Assembly: GCF_009914755.1 (NCBI RefSeq)
Contig: NC_060929.1
Reading direction: 5' to 3' (one strand)
DNA from: the human T2T-CHM13v2.0 reference genome, Homo sapiens
Length of the DNA stretch: 64,000 nucleotides
Part shown: piece by piece, positions 26,984 to 42,360 of the stretch
Layout of the letters: each line of letters begins with the position of its first letter
Numbering within the stretch: position 1 is the stretch's first letter
The notes under the pieces: generated by a model
What the model was told of the DNA's origin: nothing
The model's database searches: none
Seen by the model: the letters and a program-made list of their open reading frames with translations, nothing else
Translations under genes and position numbers: made by a program

Positions 26984-29900
26984 GGAAACAAGAAGGTTCA
27001 GAGGCTCAAAATTATTTCTTTGCAACGATCCTTAAAGACCTTTTAGTTCAGCTTCCCACTCAGTTATTGAGTCCATGGAGAATGGAGACTGTCGTGAATA
27101 AGACAAATCATTCTGCCTAAGAAGAACCGTGGAGCCCCAGCTCTAGCACAGGCTTGGCATACAGGCTGGAAGTAACTGTGACTGGGCTAAATGAATGGAT
27201 GGAGACACCCATGACGGCCCAAGCTCTGAGATGGAGGACGCCGAAGGGGAAGACAGTGAAGGGAGACCTCCCTGGCACTGGATCCCTAGCAATGCTGTCT
27301 CCAATGTCAGGACCTCCTGGGACCAGTGTGGAAATATTAAGCTTTGAAAGATGCCACCAGGGGCAGGTCCTCCAGGGTCTGTCCGGGCCCTCTGCAGGCT
27401 AGCCTGTTGCCATGATTCATGGCTGTTTTTCCTTCCACCTGTCTGACCAACCTGTCCTAATCCACAGCAGCACCAGTCTCCAATCCACTTCAGTCATAGG
27501 ATGTCCCTCCCACGGCTCACTTGGAATAAGAGAGGGAAAGGACTTTGAGAACCACAAGCTGAGAACTAAATCAGGAAGGTAGGTCTATTACCACTTGTGT
27601 CCCAGAAGACCCAGAACAGAGAGGGCAGGTGACATGTCAAGACCACACAGCAAGTCAGAGGCCCAGCTGGGAAGGGAATCCAAGGCTCTTTCTAACAGAC
27701 CATCTCTCCCTTCCCCTCAGATTCCATCTGGGTGGGAGCTGGAGATAAGAAGGGACAACCACTACATAGCCCACTGCTTCCTCCTGGTCAACCATGCCAG
27801 CCTGCCCCTCTCCTTGAATACTGAAGCATTTGAGTTATTGCCCTGTGCTGTTTGCCTCTATGCCATTTCGACCCTATATTCAAGGCTATAAAAAGGCAGC
27901 AATGCTGTCCAATCCACAGCATCCTAAGTGCTTCTCACATTCAGATACTCACAATTCCAGGGCAGCTAGGGCTACCCTACCATTCATTCATTCAATCAAG
28001 CAAGCAAGCAACATTTACTGAGAGTCTACTAAGTAGATGCTTAGGACCAGGGACCACTAAGAACTCAGAATCTGGTAGAGATACATGACAACTTCAACTA
28101 CAAGACAGTGTGGCGGATACGATGCTAAGGGCAGCATGGGACCCAGGAAATATTTCCTTTCGAAGTTCCGGGAGGGCAGGGACTGTGTCTCTCTTGCTCA
28201 CTGACGCATTTCTAGCACCAAGTACAGGGCCTGGAGCAATCAAGCACTCACTGAATATGTTTCATAAATGGATGAATGAATGACTGTGAATATATTCCAA
28301 GCAGATCAGAGAAGGCTTTCTGGAGGTGACGTCTAAGCTGAGTCCTGAGGGATGAGCAACAGGCTGGCCCCAAGGAGTAGAGTAGGGAGGGGAAGGCGAA
28401 GAGGAAGAAGGCATCACACAGAGGAGACACATGACAAAGACCTGGAGGGAAGCAAGGGGCATTCGGGAAAGCCAGCCCAGAGTCTGCAGGGCTCAGAGCA
28501 GATGCTGGCTGTCACTAAGATCATCCACTAGAAGCGGGGAAGGCAAAGAGATGAGGCTGGAGAAGATGATGGGGATAAACAATTCAGACTCTTGTAAGGG
28601 CAGCTCTAGCCCTGCTGGGCTGGCCTGGGCACAACACCTAAGTCAGGACCTGGGTAAGTGCAAGACTCTAACATCCTAGTGTGGTTTTCCTTACCCATTA
28701 AACTCAGCTGACCACTCACAACCCTGTCCCTAGTATCTGGCATTCTTTACTACGTTGAGCCATGTAACTTGCCTTGTATGTAGATTAAAAACAGTCAAAT
28801 AGCAGCAGATTTCATATGGTTCATGTGACAGGTATTTCATACAAATACCTGTCTGGTTGATATGTGGGATCTAGAAACTATTTTAACTTGTCTGCTGGGG
28901 CAGGGGTGTGTGGGTGGTGACAAGTACTTAAGATAGAGTCTGATTCTTCAGAGCTCACAGTTAGATGCCCAAAGTCGCTAAAGTCATGGGATTGTAAGCT
29001 GCCGGGAAGGGATGCGGAGAAGAGGGAAGCATGTCCCCAGGATGAAGGGCGGAGGATGAGGCAGCACGCAGACCCCAATTTCCTATTGCTGCTCCTCCCC
29101 CTCCACTGTTCTCCCCCTCATACAATGTGGGTGGTCACAGCAGTGTCTGGAGAAGGGGCTGAAGTGCCATGCTGGGGGAAGGGTGCTTAATGACCTACAC
29201 AAGCCTTGATCCAAACGCTCACTTAGAGACAAGCTTCTTGAGCAGCAAGCTCGGGCTCCTGCACAGTTCTTTGCACAGGACTAATAAGACCTTCCAAGTG
29301 ATGACCTACTAGATTAGTTGTCCTGGGACCCCACAGGATCATAGCCACTAGAAGCAAAGGTGGGGGGCTTAGCACTAGTCACATTTGGAGATACAGAGAC
29401 AGCCCCTCAAATCATCCAGGCCCAGGCTTCCCACCGTGTCATTCTCACACCAACTTCATGAATTCTGCATCTCTAAGCGCCACCTGTGCAACCACACAGG
29501 CTTCTCCTCACCCACCCCACCCTGACTGCCTGTCACACCTCCGGCAGACAGGTTCCCGGCTGCGGGAACCCAGGATCAAGGCAGGGGACAGCAGAGAAGG
29601 GACTTTCCACCCTGAAATATTCAGCAGGTCCTGGTGCCAGCTGGTGAGCAGCCGGGCCCTGGGGCTCTGTGGGGCTGGGCCCCACCCAGGCTGCTGCTGG
29701 AGCAGGAGTCCTAGTGGCCTCTTGGGAGCAGAGATGATGTCCCCAGAGAGACAGGTACATGGCCAGGACTCCAGCTGAGAGCTGCCTTGGCCGGTGCTGA
29801 CCTAGGTCTCACCTCCACAGCTCCCAGAAGTCCCAGGCACAAGCACCTGCCTATCCTGCCCTGTCCTCAAGGTGTTTTTATGTTCATTATTGCATTCAAA

Positions 29901-31285
29901 CCCAGAACGTCCCTGTGAAATGGAGGCCACAGCGCCATGCCTCCTGGGTCTTCCATGGCACCATCCTACTTCTTCATGTCTTTGGGCCTCAAGTTCTCCT
30001 CTTCCAAAAGGAGAGATAGGGAGAACAGCACAATAACCACAGTGGAAGGAACTGGGGGGTGTCTAGGCCAGAGAAGAGGGAGCAGTTTGCTGTGTGCATG
30101 CACACGTGTGTATACATGCATGCATGTGTGCGTGTGTTGGAGTTTTGGAGGACACCAGATTCAAGCTAATAATTGAAAGCCGAGCTAATAACTGGAAGGA
30201 ACAACTGCAGCTCAACGGCAGGGAGGCTTTTTTCACATTTCTCTGTTATTGTCTTCTGCAACCCTCACCTCTCCCCCAAACCACTGCACCCCAAGCATAC
30301 CAAATTACTTTTACTCCCCTGAGCACGCTGCATTTGCTCTCCTTCTAGCCTCTGTCCCAGTTGTCCCTGCCTAGACCACTCTGAGCCCCCTTGTTCCTCC
30401 CCTGAGTAGCTCTCCCTAGGCAGCCTCCCCTCTCTCCTCAACCTAGGTGGGGTGCCCTCCTGCATGCCCCAGAGCTCCTTTACTGCCCCACCAGAACACT
30501 GTGCATGGAGGGTGCCAACTCATCCCATAGGAGGAGGGTTCCCTAAGGCCCTGCCACCCTGGGACTCACTTGCAGGAGGTCTACTGAACCCTAGTCCATG
30601 GCAACAAGAAACCACAGATCAGCCAGGCAGAAGGCATGGCCCAGGAGCACTGGACCAAGGTCCAAAGATCTGCACCCTAGGTCCTGGCCTCTCTGATCTT
30701 CCAGGGCCTGGCCTGTCCACTTGGATCATCTAGAATCCTGCAGTTCAAATGCCTTTCAGGAAGTAGCTCTAGTATGACTACACATAGGAAATGGGGAACA
30801 GTGAAAGTTCCACCTTGGATTTTTGCCCATAATCAGTAACATTTTCTCCTCCTGGTCAGAGAGGCCACTTGTACACACAGTATACTCCTCAGTGGCTGTG
30901 AGGAAGCCCACAGCTAGGACTTCTCTGAGGGTACTGATCCTATAACATCCTGTGCTCTTCAGAAACTGTGAATATCCTATAAGCCCAGGTTCACTGGGGG
31001 CAGTCATGATGTCAAGGATGGATGGAGTTTTATTATTACTGAATTCAACCATTCCGTAAGGGGAACAGGAGGCCCAAAGACCTCACAGACAGCTTCTGTC
31101 TGTGCATTCTGTGGCCAGTAGTTCTGGGTTGGAGTAAGGGACAACGGGGCCCAGTCCCATGATTTTCTTCAAGATCCCCAAGTTTCTTCTCCCTGCCAAT
31201 CCCATCGTCACACTGACTGCATGGCTTTCTCCAACGCCAGCCAACAGACAGCACCCTCAGGCAAACCCCAACAGAGTAGAGTGGG

Positions 31286-31561
31286 GTTTTTTGTTTTTTG
31301 AGACTTGCTCTGTAGCCCAGGCTGGAGTGCAGTGGCATGATCTCAGCTCATCACAGCCTCAATCTCCTGGGATCAGGTGAGTTTCCCACCTTAGCCTCCT
31401 AAGCAGCTGGGACTACAAGTACATGCCACCTTTGTATTTTTTCTAGAGACAGGGTTCTGCCATATTGTCCAGGCTGGTGTCGAAATCCTGCGCTCAAGTG
31501 ATCTGCTCACTTCAGCCTCCCAAAGTGCTGGGATTATAGGTGAGAGTCACCGTGCCCAGCC
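31286..31561 (-). mobile_element. Alu (AluJ-type)
   Basis: Consensus match. Confidence 0.88.
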
Positions 31562-31789
31562 TCAACAGAGCACAGTCGAGGTCAGAATCCTACCTCTGAC
31601 CATGGCCAGAACCTAGTCTCAGCCACATGGGAGTAAAAGTTCTCAGGTGCCTCCAATTCTATTGCCCGGCAGAACAGTCAGACATGAGAGACTGAGGTTA
31701 GAGTCTCCCAAGCCAAGGAAATTCAATCCCAAATGGGTGTGACAGAGAACATTTCTATATCCAGAGCAGAGAAGTCAACAAGGATGTCT

Positions 31790-32225
31790 TTCTACCTGTC
31801 AAGTATCCATTTCCCTTCGTCAGGCCAAACAGTTCAGGTGGGACCAACTCCACCTCCTTGCTCCAAGAAAGAACAGGTTACTCAGGCACAGCCAATGAGA
31901 ACCAGACCTGGGCCTTCCCCTGGAATCACTGGGCATGAGTTATGTTGTTTTCTCCCTGGGCTGCCAAGACAGCAGAATGGAAGCCTGGAGCTGCTGATGA
32001 CTACCATGCCAATGCAAGGAAGAACCTACCCAAGAATGAAGCCACCGGAAGAAGCCCAGCTCACACAGGCAGAATCTTGACACTATCATTTGGAAACCCC
32101 TGGATTCAACCAGACCTGAAGCCCTGGGCCTCTCTGTCAGATAAGCCAATACACATCCTTTTCTGCTTAGGATATTGTGGGTTATATTACATTATGGTGA
32201 CCTGCATCTGAAGAGCCATGACTTG
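31790..32225 (+). mobile_element. Old MaLR LTR remnant (MLT1-type), approximate
   Basis: gccaatgaga..., gcctggagctgctg, aagaatgaagcca, cctggattcaaccagacctgaagc. Confidence 0.6.
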
Positions 32226-32372
32226 TAACAGGAGCAAGCAAAGCCTAAGAACCTTTCCTCCTTTTTTCAAGCTGAAGGTACCAGGGGTCTCTGTAGCAGG
32301 CCTAGTGGCTCCAGGAGGATCCCAGGCCCAGAGAAGGCTGAGTACCACCTTCAGGAAAGAGAGGCCCCTTAC

Positions 32373-32390
32373 CTGTGCTGGTTTGGCCAT
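32373..32390 (-). CDS. ANXA6: ANXA6 exon 2 coding part MAKPAQ (whole exon 32373-32415 including 5'UTR)
   Basis: Strong Kozak GAGACC-ATG-G; CAG|GTAAGG donor; ctacag acceptor at 32416-32417. Confidence 0.95.
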
Positions 32391-33381
32391 GGTCTCCGGT
32401 TCGCAGCAGAATCCACTGTAGAGAAGAAAGACAGCATGTGAGATTCCCCCCAACTCTAACCATCCCCTTTCTTTCCCTTACATTTCCTCCCTCTGCTGTT
32501 TTCCAGCTGCCCCCAGCCCTTCAGGTTAAATCAGACCCAATGACCCAGCTCAAGGCCAATCACATTTTTTTCAGAAGACAATGGACAGACTAGATGGTGT
32601 CCAGACATTCACAGCAGTATGGGAAAGGGACGCGGATCCCCAAGGGAGGGCGGGCATGGCACTGACCCACCACTGACCCCTTGACTCCTCCACACTAGGC
32701 AGGGTACCTGTCTCAGCACCGTCTCAGTTACTACTCTCAGAAATCCTTCCACACATCAGATTCTCCTTTTTTATAGAGAGGAAACTGAGGCTGGAGCATC
32801 GCAATAAATGAGCCAAGATCACACAGCTTAGAACTGAATTCAACAATTTCTAGATCCCAGAGTCTATACTATCTGCACCATGCATGCCCCCTTTTCAAGT
32901 CAACAAGGATGGCTTCAGAACCCAGAGCTTGACCGCCTGCAGATAGGACTCAAAGTGCTTCCAACCACCTGCTGCAATATCTGAAGGACTGTCATTCCTG
33001 AACAAGTGAGTATGCACTCATTTAGCACCTATCCTAGTCAGGCATTGCTCTGGGCACTGTGCATGCAGAAATATGAGCAATTTTTTAAATTCTGTTTCTC
33101 TAGAGCTTATGCTGTAATGGGAATGAATAACAAATGCACTCATCAGGCTGAGATAAGAACTACAGAGAAAAGACAAGGCTTGGTCAGGAAAGTGACAAGG
33201 GGTGTAGTCCCAGGTGGAGGGGTCAGAGGATCTCACGAGTGCGACTGGGGCACACCGCGGGGTGGTGCAAGTGAGGAACCACCACGAGCTCAGTGTGGCT
33301 GGTGTGGTAGCAGGGAGTGGTGTGGTAGGATGTAGGATCTGAGACCGGTGCCTGAGGCCACTGTAAAGACTGGATTTTTCA

Positions 33382-34623
<1,242 letters not shown>

Positions 34624-37600
34624 GTAAACATAACAAAGTCAATCAGATTTACCCAGTAAGACCTAAAAGGAACAGAACTAGGAGAGTAGAAATCATGGAG
34701 ACATTTCAGCTCAATGCCTTCCAGTTCTCCACATATTCCCTGTTCCCCCAAGACTTAGGGAAAATCTTAGCCATGTGACCGTGGGCTTATTGCTCATTTT
34801 TGAGTTCAAGGTGATCTCAAGCACAAAACTGAAGCTTTCCCTTTTCTGCTTTGTAGGGTTGTTGGAGGATAAGACCTAAGTTATGTCAAAGGCAGCACAT
34901 AAGAGGCCAGGCACAAGACCCGTTCTTAGTAAATGGTGATATTTACTGTGCTGGTGGGAAGTTGAGGACAGGGCCTCTGTCGTGTTTGCCTCTGTGTCTT
35001 CACTGGCTGATTATGAGTTCCCCAAGCTGCAGTCAGCTGAGGACAGTCATCATATGGGGTTGGGAGTGGAAGGCAGAGGACGGATCTGCCTGCAAATGCA
35101 GCTCAGCTCAGCTCAGCTTCAGGAAACCTTGCTGTTTCCCTGGCAACCAGGGGCCCCTTGGTACAACTGTGCAGCTCTCACCAGGAAATGGAAACTGTAC
35201 CCCCTTTCCAGTGTGTGGTGGGGGGAGGAGGGGGCCCACATCTACCCCGGGATGAGGCTGGAGGCCAGCTCTCGGTTTCCTCTGACCTGGGGGATAGTAG
35301 GGGGAGACAGTGAAGGAAGCCCAAGGCTAGCAGAGAACCAGGGACTGAATGAGACCCAGGAAGTTAGTTGACACAGACAGAGGGAGGGCTGAGGCCTGTC
35401 ACCTGCATCTCCAGCCTTGAAGCACTTTCCTCTGGGCTTGTTGCTGGCAATTTCAGCTGCTGGCTGCAGCCCAGGCCCATCTGGAGGAGCTCCCCTTTCC
35501 AAGGAGAGATGGCTTCAAGGAGGGGCCTCTTACTGTTTGGGAAAATATTCTCAGCTCTGAGAGCAGTTTCTGTGTGCCTTGTGTGAGTGCACAGTTCATA
35601 TGTAAAAGGCAAGCTCCTTCCAGAACTAGATGTTCAGACTGCAGTTCTGAGGGCCAGTCCCCCTGCTGATTCCACAGCCCCGCCTCTGAGGGTTCTGGGA
35701 AGCTCCTGAGCTAATCATAAACACACCATTTACCCTGGCTTTAAGATGGCTTCTGATCCCTCCCAGAGCAACCTAGACCATACTGCTCAAATTGGCTGAA
35801 TATTTTACATCTAGTGTTTCTGAATCCCACAAGGGCCCTTAATAATCCATGACTCCAAGTCCCTCATTTTCTAGACGGGGTAAAGGCATCTCAGAAAGAG
35901 AAAGTGACTTGCCAGGGCCCAGGAAGCAGCCAACATCTCTGCCTAGCAGCCCTCGATCATAACAAGTCCCCACACAACTGTGGGTCTTGGCTGCAATGGG
36001 ACACCAGGAAGAGTCCAAAGAATAAGACCCTGGTTCTGGTTCCCAGTCTGCCCCCATGTAACCTCAGGCAAGCCAGATCCCTCTCTCAGCCTTAGTTTCT
36101 TCATCTCTAAAGTGGGACAATACATCACTCCCTCTTTGGTAGGATCTATAGTTAGAGGCTTTTAGAGACTTCAACCCAGGATTTTCACAGCAGAATATCA
36201 GTCCTAGGAGGGTCATCTCCCAGGCCACAGGATTCCTCCCCATCTCCACCCGCCAATATGCAACATTCATCACCTTGGTTGAAAGAGCTGTTCAAGACTA
36301 GTAAACAGGGTCATTCCAGACCTGTGCCTCTTTCCTCCCAGGAACCCTGATTCTCTCAGATCTAGATGAGATATACTGTGACGACTTATCATGACTGATC
36401 ATTCGTGAAACCCACACAGGAGCAGAATGAATGGCCTGGGTGGCTTTGTGCTGCTGTGGCCACCCCTTGCCTCATCCTTTTGCCTGCAATCAATCACGTT
36501 TTCCTCCTTCCCCTTCGAGAGTTCCAGGCTGACTCTAGAAGGAACGGCTCACCACTGCCCAACCACAGAGATGTGGATAGGGGAAGGGTTTTATCCAAGT
36601 CATGTGAAGGCATGGGCCTTCAGGCACAGATGTTGCCCAGCAGTTTGTGATGTAAGTAAGTTACTTAAACTGAATCTCAATTTCCACATCCGCAAAATGC
36701 AGATAGAAATACCTATAGGTACTGAGAAATAAATGAAGTAACGGGGGGAAAACACTTAGCACAGTGCGTGGCACACAGTAAAGGCTCAATAAATGGTGGC
36801 TTTTATTATAATAAGCCCAAACATTTACAATGGAGGCAATGTGGCATTAGAATCAATGCAGGATTTGTGGTCGATGCCCAAGTTCAAATCCTGACCATGC
36901 AAATTCCGAGCTCAGTAACTTGGGCAAGTTATGGAATTTCTCTGCCTCAGTTTCTTCATCCTGAAATGACCCTCTTGTAAGGTTTTTGTGAAGATTCAAT
37001 GAAATAAGGCAGGTAAAACACTTAGCATGGCCAGGTACAGATTAAATGTTTAACAAACGGTGACTTCTGTTGCCACAATCATCATTATTACAGCAGTAGT
37101 CTCCAAAAAGGGGTAATGGGTATGACAATCCACTGGGGTGCAGGACAAGAGTATCACCACTTTCCAAATGTTTTAATCTTGCCCTTTTATGTCCCATTTT
37201 TATTTGTTATACATGTATAAAGTTAAAGAAAATATTAGGGGTGCAGGCTGATAGAGGTGCACAGTCAAAATCTGGATTCAATGGAATGGAGGCAGGGGCA
37301 TGCCAGGAAGAATAGTAACACCAGGGTAAGAAAAAGCATTTCTGTCATCGAAAGGTAGCTTGGGCTGTGGAGGAACAGAGTGCACTTTTGAGGGAAAGGA
37401 GATGTTGAGCGTAAGGGGGTGAAACCAGGTGTGGTGGGAGGGTGATTTGAGAAAAAAGAAATAATATGGAAAATCATGCAAAAAAACCCACCCAGACCTC
37501 TGCCTCAGGGGAGTGCCTGAGGGGCTACAGCCTGAGCCACAGCACTCCTCTGCTCACAAGTCTCCAATGGTGCCCCTTAATACTGGGCCTCTAAGCTCAG

Positions 37601-37727
37601 CAGTCGAGGCCATTGGTTCTCCTTACTGACTTCTTTGCCATCACCACTTTCCTCTTTGCCCTGTCTTCCCTGCTAAACCAGGAACGCCTTCCACCAACAT
37701 TTTTAATCCAGCTTTCCAGAATCTATA

Positions 37728-37907
37728 CCAGTGCTTTTCAATTCTAGCTTCACTAACAGAACCTGGGGAATTTTTCAAAACTACCAAAGATTTAAGGTCA
37801 GCCCTTAGAGATTCTGACTCAACTGCTGGGGTGAGGCCTGGCCTTTGGTAATTTCTAAAAACTTTCCTAGGTGATTTTAATGGCAGCCAAGGAGGCTGAG
37901 AACCACT
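37728..37907. mobile_element. MER5-type hAT remnant
   Basis: cagtgcttttcaa...gagattctgactcaa...ctgagaaccactg. Confidence 0.6.
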
Positions 37908-40900
37908 GTTATCTGCTGGATTCAAATGCCGCCTTTTCTAACAAGCCAGAAGGTATTCCCCCGCTAGGGTGCTCTGAAACCACCTTGATTTGACTGGCTT
38001 TGGTCAACCACTGTGGATTTATCATTTCTCCATTAGATAAGGGCTGCCAGCCTCCAAGGTATTATGGGAAAGAATCTGTACTTCAAAGGAAAACCCTCCA
38101 GGTTGTCTGACTCGAGACTTTCATTGTCTTTGAGTGATTTTACAGGTCAGTAAGTTGCAAATAATTGATGGTAACACAAAGTAATTCTAATACATACTCC
38201 TTGCCCTATTTTGTAAAGGTCCAATTGATTTCCCACCCCCTCAGGTAAAAAAAGAGTTTTGTCTCTAATTGCACATTTCTTTCAATACAAATGTGTCTTT
38301 TGAGCTGGTTATAACATCGGCCTGGTGTGGTCATTGATTAATAAGTAGAACAGCACATGATCATTTTTGTATCTGCATGAGTCATAATTTTACACTTTTT
38401 AGAAAATTACTGCATATGCCTCTTTCCTGCACCCCCTCCCATAGGGCGTGGCTCCTATGGATGGTTGGGGGTAAAATGCACTAAGTGGCTTTCATGCTTT
38501 CTTTAGTGATCTCAGCAAATGGAACCATCTACTATTGGTTTTCAAACTGTGCTTTACTCCTCTTTCTATAGCCAGGAGATAAACTAGAGAGGTTAAGTCA
38601 CTTACCCAACATCAGAAGAAAATCAGTCATCAAGCAGGGGCGTGTTTTTCCATAAACATTTATTTGAGCACCTCCTACAAACTAGGCCCACTGGTAGAAG
38701 TTGGGGGTTGAACAGAAAATGAGACAGACAAGGCTCCTGGCCCCACAAAGCTGGTGATAAGGTGATGTCATATGGCAGTTTGCAGTATATATATATATAT
38801 ATATTGATCCCATACACAACCCATAACCAAAGAAAAATTGAGTATTTACCATGATAAACAGAAATATACCTTTAAAATATGACATTAAAAGTACATTTAA
38901 TAAGGAGTCCAATAGTTTCTTCCTGTACCCCCAAAAGATCATCTTCAGTGCGTCCTGGGGTATATCCATCCCACTTAGAAGGCCCCTGGCCTATAAAATC
39001 TAGATCCTTCCCTCTTTGCCCTTTCTTGCTGGCTTCTCCCCCGGTCTGCAGGAAGACACCCAGGACCCGCTCCATAACCCTCCAGGAGCCTTGATTCTGA
39101 TGAAGCTGGGGTAAATGCCTTCCCTGGCTCTGTGCGTGGGCACACCCCCGAGCTTGACGACTGGGGTTTCTTAGGGAGCAGTGTCTTTTCCTCTCCTGAC
39201 CCAGAACCATTGATCCTAGGACTGGACAAGGCCTCAGGAGATCATCTCTCTGCCTCAGGATTGGAACTAGTCTAGCCTAGGTTTGAACCCCAGCTTGGGT
39301 CACTTTTGTGAGAGGCAGCAAAGTAGTGTCTCACAGTATAGACGCTGGAGCCAGACTGCCTGAGATTGAAGCCTGAGGGTGATATTTAGTAGCTGTGTGG
39401 TGTTGTGCAAGTATTGAGCCTCTCTGTGCCTGTTTCATATTAAAAAAAAAATGGGATAAAAATAGCACCTCCCTCATAGGAGTTATGATGAGGATAAAAA
39501 AAATTAAGACAAGTCTAGAGCTTAGAAGAGGACCTGGCACACAGGAAGCACTATATTTTATAAGCATTTGTCATTATTATTTCTTCCTTAAACTGTTAAG
39601 GGCTGGAGTTTCCATGTCTGCAAAATAGGCATTAATAACAGCGTCTAACATAGCAAGGCTTCAGCCGGGGCCTGGCAAATTTAAGGGTTCGAGAGGTAAT
39701 AGTGGTTACCATTTTATTGCTATTATTTAAGGACCACCAGGACATGGATTTTTCAGAAGAGGAACTTGAGGCTCAGGTCGCCTGCCTTCTCAAGCACCAC
39801 ACCCTTTTGAGATAACACAGCACTTTCATATCTGCCATCTTACAGCCTCATGAAGGTATCAATCTCATTCTCATTTTGCAGATAGGCAGGACATCCAAGG
39901 AACCTATAGACAGTCACTCCCCCATAGCCAGTCTCTGTGGGGGCTTCTCAACTCCAGGAGGAAAGGGAGTGAGGCTGGATTCCAAGGCAAGTTTATAGGC
40001 ATAAAGACACCCCTCCGACTTCCTCCCCTCTATTGGCAGGAGAAGGGGTGCATGCATGCTCAGGAATCACGGTAGAGACCACATCCTGTGCTTTGTCGCC
40101 ACCCAGGAAGTATATCGGAGAGGCTGGGTGGGGTGAGGCTGGTGATTCCACTGGGCCTCCCCAGAAAATCCTAGAATGGTAGAGCAAAAGCCATTCAGAC
40201 CCAACCCATTTTATTAATACCAGTGGGGTGTCCTGGGTATATGTCCTATCCCTGTAGAGAGGAAGGGGCTAAGCCCCAGAGGGGTAGTAGGTGTGCCCAG
40301 GGCGCCTAGCTGATTAGTGGCAGGGCAGGGGCTGGGTCCGAGGCTGGATCCTGGTGGCCCAGGGCTCCCTCTGGATGCTGCAGTGCGGATGTGCCAGTCA
40401 CTGGCAGCTATCCAGCACTGCAGTCTCCCCCACTTCATCCCAGGAGTCAGTCTCAAGAGGCCAGGCCTTGGGCTTCCCTGGCCCCTCCTCTGCACACTCA
40501 CATCTACATTTTGCCCCAGCAACAGCTGTGGCCCTTATCCAGAAACTGCAAATATTTTCTGTATCTCAGCAGATGCTGCCTTAGGAACAAAGGGTAGATA
40601 AGGCAAAGAAAGATGGATGAGTGATTGTCACAGCTGCAGAGGGAGATGAAAGCCTCTGCCTCCTGCCCTCCCCAGTCCCATCCAACTCCCAGAATCCTAA
40701 ATCTTAGAACAGTTGAATCCTAGAATGTCTGCACTGGCAGTGGCAGCCAGTTCAGCAGACTTTGCTCCAGATGGGGCACAAAGCCTTAGAGAAAGGGCTT
40801 GCTCAAGAAGTCCCAGCACATCCGGACTGTAACCGGGCTTTCCTCTGACCCCAGGCCAGTGCCCTCGGCGTGGCTCAGGGCCTGCCTGCTAGGAGGTCAG

Positions 40901-41849
40901 GGTCCACAGGGGCTGAAACTGGGGCGGTCATTCACTTCACCATGAAGGGCTACGCAGGTCAGGATATGCCATCTGGGTCAGTGGAAGCGATCCCAAGCAT
41001 GTTTTGGGCAAGGGGGAAGGAATAATGGAGGGAAAAGGGCGGACTCTTGGGGGGAAACCAGAGTCCTTTCACAAACCCGGGAGCCATATGTCCAAATTTG
41101 GAATTGTCAGAGAAGACCCACTAGAATCTAGGGAAAGGAAGGAGGAGGCAGGAAGCCGTGGCCAGATTAGTTGTCCCAAAGGACCTCCTGCCCTTTCCCC
41201 TTGTAGGGCCTACAAGGGTTGTGCCAGGCTTCCCAAATCTATAATCAAGACTCCCAAACCTGCAATCATTCCATACAGCTGACAAATAAATCAGTTTTCA
41301 AAGCCATTGTTTCCTTTGAAAGAGACTGGGTTTCTCAACTATGGACTTGGAGAAGGAAATCCAGGCTCAGAGAGGGAAAGCCACCGCCCAAAGTCACACT
41401 GCAACAGGGGCTGGGATTCCGATTCAGGGTATTTTGCTCCCATGCTGGTATATGGGGAATTATTTGAAGCCCCCAAACTTTGGGAAGGCCTAGACCGCTT
41501 AGGGGATGCAGAAAGAAGGGTAGTGCCCCTGCCTCACCATAGGAGGCCTCGGAGCCCCGTTGGGAGACTGCATTCATAGACAAGCAGTGGCCCAAAGGGG
41601 ATGGGGTCCAATGAGGCCCTGAGGTATGTACGACCGGACGTTCAGCTCTCTGCACGCAGGCAGCCCTCCCCCGACACCACACACAAGCCATTTTATAAGC
41701 AGCTGGAGGGTCCAACGCTCTTGCTCTCAGTCTTGGGCCTCAGCCACACCCTTCTCTGCGGGTCCTTTGACTGGCGTCCAGCTGACCCCAACCCCGGACC
41801 TTCAAAGTCTCTTGAGCCCCCCCAAATTAAGGCCGGCAGGACCAGCCCC

Positions 41850-42360
41850 TGGCTCAGCTCCGGCGCCCAGGACCCTCAACCAGACCCTCTGCAGCAACGG
41901 GACTCCCTCCCCTCCCCCTAGCCAGGGCGCCCTCCGCCCGCGCCTCTCCGCCCCGACCCCAGATTTGCTCCGCTGCGCTCCCCAGACACACCCAGTCTGC
42001 GACACTCTCGGGTTACCGCGCCCTCCCGTCCCTGCTCCTGGCGGGGGGTACCCATCAGCCGATGACTGGGCGCTTATTTCTTGTGTCCCTGCAGCCCCCG
42101 GGAAGGGGTTCCCAGAGCGACTCCCCTCTCCAGCCTCAGCCCACTCACCGCGCAGCGGAGGCCTCGGGTCGCAGACGGACGCACGGGCGCAGGGACTCGA
42201 GGACGCAGCGCTCGCTGGATCGGAGCCCGTTAGCCCAGCAGCAACCGCAGCGCGGGGCGGACCGGGAGGACAGCCGTGGGCTCCGAGCCGGACACGTGGC
42301 GCGCAGAGGCCAATCCGGCGCGCCCGCCTCCCTCCTCCACCCCACCCCTCTAGCTCCTTA
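41850..42360. promoter_or_regulatory. CpG island / TATA-less ANXA6 promoter with GC box (42254-42260), E-box CACGTG (42293-42298), CCAAT (42310-42314)
   Basis: High CpG density; motifs read directly. Confidence 0.85.
42149..42248 (-). other. ANXA6: ANXA6 non-coding exon 1 (5' end approximate)
   Basis: GCGCG|GTGAGT donor at 42147-42148 inside CpG island; sequence matches the recalled ANXA6 mRNA leader GCGGTTGCTGCTGGGCTAACGG. Confidence 0.85.

Noticed and set aside
42295-42314. ERSE/ERSE-II in the promoter
   Set aside because: Orientation and 10-nt spacing fit neither consensus
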